DNA from: Felis catus
Taxonomy: Eukaryota
Length of the DNA stretch: 64,000 bases
Reading direction: 5' to 3'
Assembly: GCF_018350175.1 (NCBI RefSeq)
Contig: NC_058368.1
Location: forward strand, 34,164,001 to 34,228,000
Below are positions 54,031-64,000 of the stretch, piece after piece (the stretch's first letter is position 1; each line of letters opens with the position of its first letter). The notes beneath the pieces are model-generated. The model was not told the origin of the DNA. It saw nothing but the letters and a program-made list of their open reading frames with translations, and did no database searches. Made by a program: the position numbers and the translations under genes.

Positions 54031-54137
54031 ATATGTATATATGCATATACACACACAAGAAATATATACTTACTTAATTTTTACAAATTCTCAGTGTATG
54101 GGTTTTATTTTCATTTGTTTAAGATAGACTTTTGATC

Positions 54138-54336
54138 AGGGCGCCTGGGTGGCTCCGTCGGTTGAGCGTCTGACTTCGGCTCAGGTCATGATCTCGCAGT
54201 TGGTGGGTTCGAGCCCCACGTCGGGCTCGGTGCTGACAGCTCAGAGCCTGGATTCTGTGTCTCCCCCTCTCTCTGCCCTTCCCCTGCTCATGCTCTGTCT
54301 CTCTCTGTCTCTCAAAAATAAATAAATGTAAAAAAA
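54138..54336 (+). mobile_element. CanSINE
   Basis: TSD ttaagatagacttttgat on both sides. Confidence 0.96.
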
Positions 54337-56315
54337 TTAAGATAGACTTTTGATTGATAGAATTTTTTAATTATAGTTTTCAACATTTAACGCCATGTCT
54401 CTTAGGACTTGTTTTGCTATTTTTTTTCTTTTTTCTTAGCAAATCTTCCTCTATTTTCAGGATATAAAGCTCTTTTTCTCTATTTACTTCTGAAAATTAC
54501 ACAATTTTTCACTTGACATCGAATCTACCTGAATACACTTATGAGTAGGAGTAAAGTAAAGACACCATTTTATTTGCTTTCAAGAGAGTAACAACTTAAT
54601 TCTGCCAGCATCATTTGTTGATGCCTTTCCCAGTGAACTTCACCGTTGCCTCTTTGTGTTTCGTCCAAACTGGACCCGTGGCTCTCGAAATGTGCTACGC
54701 TGTTGTGGCTGTGAACATTATTCTTCTGAGTTATATCCATGTTTGGCTGGATGGAGTCCAAGAACTACTAAGAAAGCAGGTGGCATTCTTTCTATGGCCA
54801 AACCATATCACCAAGGCAGATCTGGAAACCAGTTCGTCAGGTGGCAGAGTCTGGTGGAAAACAGACTCTCAAGGCAGATTGCCAGCATGTGTCCTACCTC
54901 TGCCATTCGCTACCAGTGTGATTGTCCTGCCAATCTTCTAAGTGGGCATATGCACCCTTCGGGGGTACAGGAAGACCTTAGAAGAGGTAAAACACTTTCC
55001 CCGAGTTGACCTGACTGTGAAGGAACCTTGTTTGACCCGGGGTCACTTTTCTTTCCTACCTGCCTTTTCACAATCGCCTTGCCACTGTCTTACCAAAGAA
55101 AGGCATATCTCTGATGCATCCGAAATCTTAAGTCTACTCGATTGTGTGTGGGTAAAGGCCCAGGACAAATGACAGAGAGACGATTCAAAATGTTTCTGTG
55201 AGTGATTCTAACAACTGTGTAGCAAGTGTTTTTGCAAAACGTGCACTACCACACATTTTGTGTATGTCAACTGAAAAACTTGCTTTGAACATAATTGAAA
55301 GATGACTCCATCCAGTTGTCAGCGGAAATATGAAACATGGCCTTTGATGATCGATCAGTCTGAGATATTTAACGTATAACTTAGTGAGGAGCTTGCCTCC
55401 TGGTCGAAAACCTGTGTGTGCTATTTTCAAGCCTGACCTGAAGCAGGTTACAATGGTTGTGCTGGACAGGCCTCACGGGGAACCCCTGCTCCCCTTGCAC
55501 CACGCTCGGAGCGCTGCCACAGCCCTGCAATTTATGGAGCGAGTTGCCACCAAGGACTCGGGCTCACTGGGGGGTTGTGCTCTTGGCATATTTGCATTCC
55601 CAGCTTCAGAACGCTCATTCCTAGGTCACTTTATCAGAAGCCTTGTGCAAAGGTCTTCTACGGGCTCCTCTGCTGAGGCCTCCTTATGTGGAGATGGGGA
55701 AAAATTAAAGATGCTTTTCCTCACCCTGATTCACTACCGGCCCTCCACTGCTAGCCTCCTCCCCAGCCCCCACGTTTTCCTCCACGTCCCCTTCCTTATC
55801 TTTGTCCAAAAACTGATCATCTTTCCTCCGGAGCTCCCTCAACCATACAACAACCCCACGTCTGTGCTGATCCACCTGGCCTACACCTGTGGGCCCTTCC
55901 TTGGGGGGACCGAGGGAGTTGGCGTTTTCATGGTTTTAGACTCTTCCTTACACCTTATCAGTAAGTGATTCAAGGCTCAACCCTATCATTTTTGACTTCT
56001 TGATTTAATGGCCACTCCAATGTTGGCAGCCCAGCTCCTTCTCTCCCAGCTCAGCCAAGCCCCTGACACTAAAAAAATCAAAAAATGGAGCGACACTGAT
56101 AAAACAAAGCTCTTATTCTCATTAATTATTCACATGAACAAGTTTTCTTAGTGTGTAAATCTCTGAAAACAGAACAAAAAAGGGATAAAAATCAGATTAA
56201 ATTAGCTCTTTTTTCTAGCAACAATAATCATGTATAGATATAAGAAATAATTGGAACAAAGACACTGTATTCATTTCATTAAGAAATATGTGAATAATTA
56301 AACATTTTCCTTCTT

Positions 56316-56543
56316 TTTTTAAAATTTTTTTAACGTTTATTTATTTTTGAGGCAGAGAGAGACAGAGTATGAACAGGGGAGGGGCAGAGAGAGAGAGAGA
56401 GAGAGAGAGACACAGAATCTGAAACAGGCTCCAGGCTCTGAGCTGTCAGCACAGAGCCCGACACGGGGCTCGAACTCACGGACCGTGAGATCAGACCTGA
56501 GCCGAAGTCAGACGCTTAACCGACTGAGCCACCCAGGTGCCCC
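56316..56543 (-). mobile_element. CanSINE
   Basis: TSD aacattttccttctt at 56301 and 56544. Confidence 0.96.
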
Positions 56544-56677
56544 AACATTTTCCTTCTTATGTTTAATAATTATATGTTGAAATTTTAATATATTTTGTTG
56601 ATTTGCAAAGAAATTGAAATCCAAACCAGGATTTTTTGAAAAACATATAGAGCTTATGCTATGAGAAAATAAATTCA

Positions 56678-56910
56678 GGGGCTCCTGGTGGCTCAGTCAG
56701 TTAAGCTTCCAACTTTGGCTCAGGTCATGATCTAGCAGTTTGTGGGTTCAAGCCCCACATCTGTCTCTCTGCTGACAGATCAGAGCTTGGAGCCTGCTTC
56801 AGATTACGTGTCTCCCTCTCTCTGCTCTTCCCCTGCTCGTGTTCTGCCTCTGTCTCTCTCTCTCTCAAAAATAAATAAACATTAAAAAAAATTTTAATAA
56901 AAAGAAAAGA
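56678..56910 (+). mobile_element. CanSINE
   Basis: Head, (CT)n, A tail; TSD-like aaattcag. Confidence 0.95.
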
Positions 56911-57542
56911 AAGAAATTCAGTGTTAACATGTATATTTTTTCTCCTCAGTGAGGTATGGAAGAGAATCAATAAAATACTTTCAAAAATAAAAACATACTA
57001 CATTAAGTTATTAAGTTATATTACATTAAGTTATAATTATGTGTAGGAAATGAAATTGAAATGAGTATAGAGAAGAAATATGACATAAAATTATATAACA
57101 GTTTAATATACATTTACATATAATATATATATATATATAAATTACATAAAGTTGTATCGATGAAGATATTTTTCATTAATATTTAAATTGGATAATAATG
57201 ATATCATATTCCTACAGTTATCTGATACCATTACGCATATATGATTGCTTCGTAGGGCAATACTTTAAAATGTTTATGTTTACAATGCATAGAACTAGCA
57301 TCCTTTGCAGTTATATTTAAACTTTGGATAAATTATTTTAGATGTCAAGTTTTAAAAATATGTGATAAGGTACATTGATTTTGAAAATTGATTTAAGGGT
57401 ACAAGCTCAAAAGTATTTGATGAACACTTAAATGAGGGATCATGATGTCCTGTGACGCATGAGAAACAACTTGGGGAACTTCTGTCCTGGCCACGCACAG
57501 CCTTTGTGGGAAAATAAGGCCTGTCAAAATAATATCAAATCT

Positions 57543-57752
57543 GGGGCACCTGGGTGGCTCAGTCAGTTAAACCTCTGATTTTGGCTTAGGTCATGATCTC
57601 ATCGTTTGTGAGTTCAAGCCCCACATCTGACTCTGTGCTGACAGCTCAGATCCTGGAGCCTACTTCAGATTCTATACCTCCTTTTCTCTTTGCCCCTCCC
57701 CCACTTGTGCTCTTTCTCTCTGTCTCTCAAAAATAAATAAATGTAAAAGAAA
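57543..57752 (+). mobile_element. CanSINE
   Basis: ggggcacctgggtggctcag head; TSD-like aaaataata(t/c)caaatct. Confidence 0.95.
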
Positions 57753-58006
57753 ATTTTATATTATAAAAATAATACCAAATCTTTGTCTGTTACACAGATA
57801 TCCAGGAAGAGTTGCAAAATCATATTAAGGATGTAGAAAAAAAATAGACATAGAACTTCTCAAGCACCTTTTAAAAACCTCTAAGAGCAACTGTTTAAAC
57901 TCACTCTTTAGAAGATTAAGCCCCTCAGAGTTTATCCCTAAATACACTGAGTTCTTAAAAGAGTCCACTATAGAAATAATGGATATAGCATAGATAGAAT
58001 ATTCTA

Positions 58007-58395
58007 TGTCAGTCAAGGTCTCAGTAGGAAATAGATGGTGTATTCAAGTGAGTGACTGAAGAGAATTTGAGTCAGGGACTCTGTACAGAGGTGTAGCCAA
58101 GGTTAAGGGAGCAGCAAATGATGAAATGCTAACACAGAGGGGAAGCCTTTGACAGCCACAGACTTTACCAGATCCCATTGAGAGAACCATAGGTATAAAA
58201 CAGGGGCTGCTTTTCAGCCTGTGGTCTTAGGCAGAGACACACTGGAGCTCAAACTGAGGTTGGCAGCAAGAGAAACAGGAAAATAAATGCCCAGAATCTC
58301 CTTCCTTCTTCCCTCTTGATATGTTATTGGCCAGACCAAACTGGAAGCCAGAGGGTAGGGGATTCTGGTGATGGAGTCTGATAGAGATCAGATTC
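58007..58395 (-). mobile_element. Old ERVL LTR (LTR33/LTR41-like)
   Basis: tgtcagtcaaggtctcagtaggaaatagatgg...ttggccagaccaaactggaagccagagggtagggga. Confidence 0.65.
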
Positions 58396-59008
58396 TCATG
58401 ATTATTTTTTTCCATCATTACTAGCTGCTTTTGGAAATTCTAATCTGCACACCAGTAGAGTACAAAGACTGCATGTATCCATAGACCTCCGAAGAGCTGG
58501 AATTTTTACTCTAAGGTTGTCCATAAATTCGAGATAGGTTATACTGTTGACCTATGAATTAAATGGGGTTTCAAACCAAACATCGGGAGATTGTACTTAC
58601 ATGTACTATTCTTTGCCAATTTTGCAAAATTCTACGATACTAGGTATCTCCTTGATTTTATTTGGAGAAAAATTAATCTACAGTTGGTGTTGGCTCAAGA
58701 TAATGCCAACTAGGAGAAGCAGATAAGTTGCAATGCTGCAAACTCAAGTTAAGCCTAAAGTATTAAGTTAATAAGAACCTGCAACTCAAAGATAAATTTA
58801 AAAGTTTTCATAAGTAATCATAAGTATAAGAAGGTTAAAAAACACAGTATTAATATTTCATGTTGAGAATGGATCTCTATACACTTGATACTTTATATTC
58901 TTGTAAGTTGAGGGAGAATTCTGGCCTGTTGGAGTGACAGCATTATAACTATAAGTATATAATTTTGCATAAATAATTGAATAATTGATCGATCTGTCTG
59001 TAATTTTA

Positions 59009-59231
59009 TTTTTTTTTAATTTTTTTTTCAACGTTTATTTATTTTTGGGACAGAGCGAGACAGAGCATGAACGGGGGAGGGGCAGAGAGAGAGGGAGACA
59101 CAGAATCGGAAACAGGCTCCAGGCTCTGAGCCATCAGCCCAGAGCCTGACGCGGGGCTCGAACTCACGGACCGCGAGATCGTGACCTGGCTGAAGTCGGA
59201 CGCTTAACCGACTGCGCCACCCAGGCGCCCC
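59009..59231 (-). mobile_element. Young felid CanSINE (SINEC_Fc-like)
   Basis: Intact CpGs; TSD tgtaatttta. Confidence 0.97.
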
Positions 59232-61032
59232 TGTAATTTTAAATCTTGGTAAGCACACACCTAGTATTGGCAAATCTCAGATAAGTATGTATTTGCTATA
59301 TTTTAAAATTTTGCTGCAGTTATAATAATTCTACAGTACTAAGAAAAGTTTATGGTGCTTCCAGATAATTACATGCATAAAAAATAAATGTGATTTATAT
59401 GTGACATTTAAAATCTTTTAAGGTAATATATTGATTACTTTGTACACTGGTTTAAAGTTCTTTTTATTTTAAATCTCCTTGCAAGTGATTGCAGCATGTG
59501 GTGGAACTTTTTAAAAAAAGCAGAACTGGGGATTGCTAGATTTTTACAGTTTGGTGGTAGCTTTAACCTAGATAGGAAATGGTTATCCTGCAGCATCCAC
59601 GGTGGACTATGGAAGAACCTTGAAGAACTTCATAGTGACCCAGAATAAGTAACTCTACGAATTAATTGTAGTGTGGATAAGGGAACCATTACTCTAATTT
59701 CCATGGCTGGAATATCAGTTCATCTTATTTCTCAGTGTGTTCCTCCTCCTTGCACATCTCCTGAGTGATGATTAACAATTTCAACCTCTGAACTGGATAC
59801 TTAGGTATAAACACATGGATTGCATAATGATAAAGGAAGCAAAATCATGAAAAAATAGCCCCTCTGTAATAAGACAGCACTACTATGAAGAAGAAGGAAA
59901 AGAAAAAAGTTGAACAGAATGATAGATCCTTAATATTTTAACCGCAAAAACCAGGTGGCCTTTTTCAAGTATGTGGTATCAGTATTCCTTACAAACAGCC
60001 TTTTTGAAGTTTACTCTTTTGATCATGTTACTTCTAAGTAACATGAAGTTTCTTCTCCCGTCTAAGTGTCAAAAGGCCCCTTTCCCTTGATGACCACAGA
60101 CAACTTTTGGAGGAGGCCTAAAGTTTAACTAGTGTATAAAATAAAACTGTGGTTTTGGTGGGTTGAGGAATTGTGTGGTCACAATTCCTGTCTTTCCTGT
60201 GTTGAGAAAGTCTTATTTTAAACATAGGGCTTAGTTTCTTCAGTACTACATTTTAAGAGTGGGCAGAATCAGGTTCTATCTGAAGGAAACCCTCCATATG
60301 CCAAAAAGAAGGCCTTAACTGAATTGCCAATACCAAACTAATTGACCTAATTAAACCCAATTTATTCAATTTCTTTACAGAAGAAATATCTACCTTTCTT
60401 CCCCGTAGGCAAGAACTGGCTCCAAGCAATTCTGACAGCCCCTGTTGTTGAAGAATGGAGAGCTCTTACCTGCACTGGAAGTAAGAATTTCCATTTTCAT
60501 CTCTCCTGTTCCTGCTCCCCTCAGCCTCACCTGCTGTCTTTGAAACCCCCGTCTACAGAGCTCCACTGGGTGGACCAACCCCATCCTGACTGCTGAGGAC
60601 TCCCTCTTCTAGGCTGGACCTTCCTTAGTGCTATTTCATCCATCAATGCTTCATCCAGTTCCTGATTTTGAGAAATGTATCACAACTTCTTGCCCCCTGA
60701 TTGCTTTCTTCCTGTTCTCTTGTTTCAGGTTTATTTCCTCTTTTCTTCATGTATTATTGTTTTGAGGGTCTTGGGGAAAAGACGGCTCACTCAACCATCT
60801 GACTATTAAACTTTACTTAAATTCCACCTTTTCTCAGGCACTATACTAAGAACTTTTTTTACATTTCCTCTTTTTTTTTTTTTTTCCAGGCCAATCTTTC
60901 AAGGTAAGTATTATTTTCCTTTTACATATGAGTTGAGGATCAGGGAGGCAGAACTACCTGCTTGAGGTTCTCCAGTAGTAACTATTGGAACTGGGATTTT
61001 AGTCCGTTTCCTTAACTCTAAATCTAATCTTC

Positions 61033-61260
61033 TTTTATTTATTTATTTTTTAATTTTTTCATGTTTATTTATTTTTGAGAGAGAGAGACAGAGTGTGAGT
61101 GGGGGAGAGGCAAAGAGAGAGCGAGACACAGACTGGGAAGCAGGCTCCAGGCTCTGAGCTGTCAGCACAGAGCCCCACACAGGGCTTGAACTCACGAACT
61201 GCAAGATCATGACCTAGGCTGAAGTCAGACGCTCAACTGACTGAACCACCCAGGCACCCC
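61033..61260 (-). mobile_element. CanSINE
   Basis: TSD-like ctaatcttc..tt; follows a MIR-like fragment at 60830-61020. Confidence 0.95.
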
Positions 61261-61939
61261 AACCTAATCTTCCTTTAGACGGACTTGTTTTTATTTTCAA
61301 ATGGAGAAAAGATTTTTCTGCAATTTTGAAATTTTGATGCAACTTTGATATATCTTTTTTCCTACACTATCATCATGATTGAAAGCCAGAACAAAGGTAT
61401 AATCATTTATACAACAAATTATTGACTCTTTATAAGGTATGACCTTGATTAGTATTATTTTTACCTATTTTATTCTGTATAGTAAATCCTTCCTGCCAGA
61501 GTGAATTTGTCTTGTCCCCAGGAAAACAGCTGGAGAGAAAAGATAGCAGAATGGATAGTTCAAGGTTCTCCCAAAATAATACTAAATCACTAAAAAAAAA
61601 AATCTAAGAATTGTTCAAATTAGATCAAATTGAACAAATTAAATTGTTCAAATTTATCAAAGAAAAATTGATAAAATTTGCAGGGCTGATGTCAGAATTC
61701 ACAAAGTATACATAAGGATCTTTCTCTTTTGTAATCAAAATTCAAGTTTAGCCATCATAGTAATATTTTCTTCTGCTGCCTTTTTAAACTTTACTCAGTT
61801 GAGGAAGCTTTTACTTTGTTGCCTATTGAAAATCCACAAAACCTTATGATTTGTCCTCTTACTTTTAGGCTCTAAATATTCCTATGGTTACTTTATTTCA
61901 AACAGCTCAAAGTCATTATCTAAAATTTTAATAAAAATT

Positions 61940-62226
61940 AGGGCACCTGAGTGGTTCAGTCGGCTAAGTGTCCAACTCTTGGAAAGGGTTTTGGCTAGCA
62001 TCATGATCTCATGGTTCCTGGGTTTGAGCCCCATGCCAGGTTCTGTGTTGATGGTACGGAGCCTGCTTGGGATTCTCTCTCTCTCTTTCTCTCTCTCTGT
62101 CTCTCTCTGTCTCTCTTTCTCTCTGTCTCTCTCAATGCCCCTCCCCTCTCTATTGCTTCTCTGTCTCAAAATAAATAAATAAACATTTAAAAACATAAAA
62201 TAAAATAAAAATAATAATAATAATAA
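61940..62226 (+). mobile_element. CanSINE with a small insertion in the head and an expanded (CT) tract
   Basis: agggcacctgagtggttcagtcgg head; (AAAAT)/(AAT) tail. Confidence 0.93.
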
Positions 62227-63599
62227 TTGATCTACAAGGACCTTACAATCCTAAAATCAATATGGGAGGGAAATTTAACTCCACATTTTTAAACATTAGT
62301 CATTGATATGCTCTCATTCAAAATGTGGTAAACACAATAAAAAACTAAAAGATATTTAATTTTAATATATATTCCTAAAGAAAGAGAGTATATCTGCTAA
62401 TATCCCTAGTTTGAGAAGAACTTCCAGAAATGTTTGATCCCCAGACCACTAAATTATCCCACATATTTTATTATAATAACACTAAACAGTTCCATTCCCA
62501 GAAGTTTCCGTGCGTTAGATTATTTTAGATTTTCTTACACCTCCTAAGTATGAAATATAGACTAGATATACTTCACAAGATGACCAGTTTCGCTTACCAT
62601 GTGCATGTACATTGAAAGTGGTTGAGTCCAGTTGAGTTGCTGTGACATAAGCAGGTAGACAGGTAGTCAGGTAGGTAGAAAGATGCATATGTGGTAGATA
62701 GAGATATTTGTGTATTTCCAAAATAAAATAAACATTGATTCAGACTCAGTCATTCTGTTCTTAAATTTATAAGTAAAATTAGTGCTCATGTATGTATTGT
62801 AACTTCAGAACCATTACTAGGGTTCTTAGACCCTCTGAAATGCCTCCATTAGTTTTTTTATTGATACCTGAAATTCCGGCATTAATGACTTACTCATTTG
62901 ATTATGATTCTATTACAGTTAAAATTGGCAATGAAATATAATAACTGCAAACCAGTTTAGTATAGTGTTAAAATACTTTAGAGTATATTTTGCTTGTGAT
63001 AGACAGCAATGATGAGAAAACAAGTCATCTGGTAGAACGGAAAAGGACCCTGACAATAGGTCAGAGAGAAGAGCGTGCAAAATGTGAGAATCTGAAATGA
63101 ATGTTAATAGATGACAGATTTTTATCTATGAAACAGTTTTCTCGAGAATCAATTCTTGTTGGGGCAGTGAGTGAAATGGTGACACTTTGAAATCCATGAA
63201 TTGACAAGTACTGTCAAGTGTATTATTACTGCAAGTCTAATATCAGGATATTCTCCCCCAGGCGTCAACTAATCTCTGCTTAAATGCACCATAGTCGATT
63301 CTGCCAGTATGCAAAAGAGAATGAAGAAACACAAGAAATGGTCTCACTAAATTAAACTGAATCGTCATCTACGCTTAGCCTCTGCCATGGCATCATGATT
63401 CACATTGTCATGGCAACTAATATTTGAAAGAGAGCAAGGATCAAAACAGATATTCTTCTTTGGTTTGATTAACTGAGAGACATTCCAGAGCAAGAAAAGG
63501 TGGATTTTGGTATAGCTTCCATAGCAATCTTCAATTTTAATAATTTATTTTCTAAGAGATTTGCATGTTAATGAAGTAAATACTGCTTGCATCTACTTA

Positions 63600-63930
63600 G
63601 AACAACCTAAGAATTATTTTTCTTTTAATAAATGTCCACTATATGGTACCCATTTGCCCAGAATATATGCTAGGCTTTAGAGATACAAAGACCAGAGAAA
63701 AATCAGGCAGATTTCCTGACCTCCAGAAACTCACTATTTAATGTGAACAGCAGTTCTACTTATTGTTTAGCCAATTATAATGCAATGCATATGGGATAGT
63801 GTATAAACAAATAGGTAAGAAACTGAAGTAAGGAGCATCACTAATTCTGCTTGAGAAATAAGACAATCTCAAAGAGATGAGATTTGAACTGGAATTTAAG
63901 AATAAACTGGGGAAATAACTTAGCCATGCA
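63600..63930 (-). mobile_element. L2 3' fragment
   Basis: atgctaggctttagagatacaaagacc...tcctgacctccagaaactcac...gagatttgaactgg. Confidence 0.65.
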
Positions 63931-64000
63931 TCTGAAATGATCAGAAACTCTGCTAGTGCTCATCACAGAATTAGGCAATATAAATATTTTTTGAAGGAAA

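Larger units (their letters stand above)
52940..54700 (-). mobile_element. Degraded ancient L1ME-like fragments interrupted by two SINEs
   Basis: ataattgttgggtcacagggcatatg..atcttcaattttactagat..ccaaatt; ccagcatcatttgttga..cctttccc. Confidence 0.55.

Noticed and set aside
54570..55009. Overlapping ORFs suggesting a processed pseudogene
   Set aside because: The sequence resembles antisense old L1 and MIR remnants, with no poly-A/TSD and no recognisable protein.
55384..55968. Longest ORF in the window (194 aa)
   Set aside because: It has a GTG start and no recognisable domain, and it lies in the GC-richer tract where stop codons are rarer.
846..62196. Many similar ORFs containing AQVMISWSVSSSP..SVLTAQSLEPASDSVSPSL or EFEPHVGLCADSSEPGACF
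   Set aside because: These are translations of CanSINE copies, not a gene family.

Overview
AT-rich mammalian genomic DNA. It is almost certainly from a felid, because several near-consensus copies of the cat-type tRNA-derived CanSINE (SINEC_Fc-like) are present. The window reads as a large intron or intergenic region, with more than 30 CanSINEs, L1 and L2 fragments, MIRs, MaLR/ERVL LTR remnants, two small DNA-transposon MITEs and microsatellites. I cannot support any protein-coding gene, rRNA, functional tRNA, CRISPR array or classical CpG island. The ORF track is explained by SINE/LINE sequence or by chance. I found no convincing novel biological system. The observations most worth checking are: (1) a three-arm alternating palindrome at about 15.2 kb that can form two mutually exclusive hairpins; (2) a composite L1 with two tandem 3' ends and a nested Tigger-like MITE inside one target-site duplication (TSD); (3) a nested inverted SINE pair with a central deletion; (4) a CpG-enriched tract at about 55 kb; (5) a few candidate exons, one encoding a GPI-signal-like C-terminus; and (6) motif-dense unique segments. 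Repeat family names come from recalled consensus sequences read by eye, and boundaries are approximate unless a TSD or terminal inverted repeat (TIR) is quoted.
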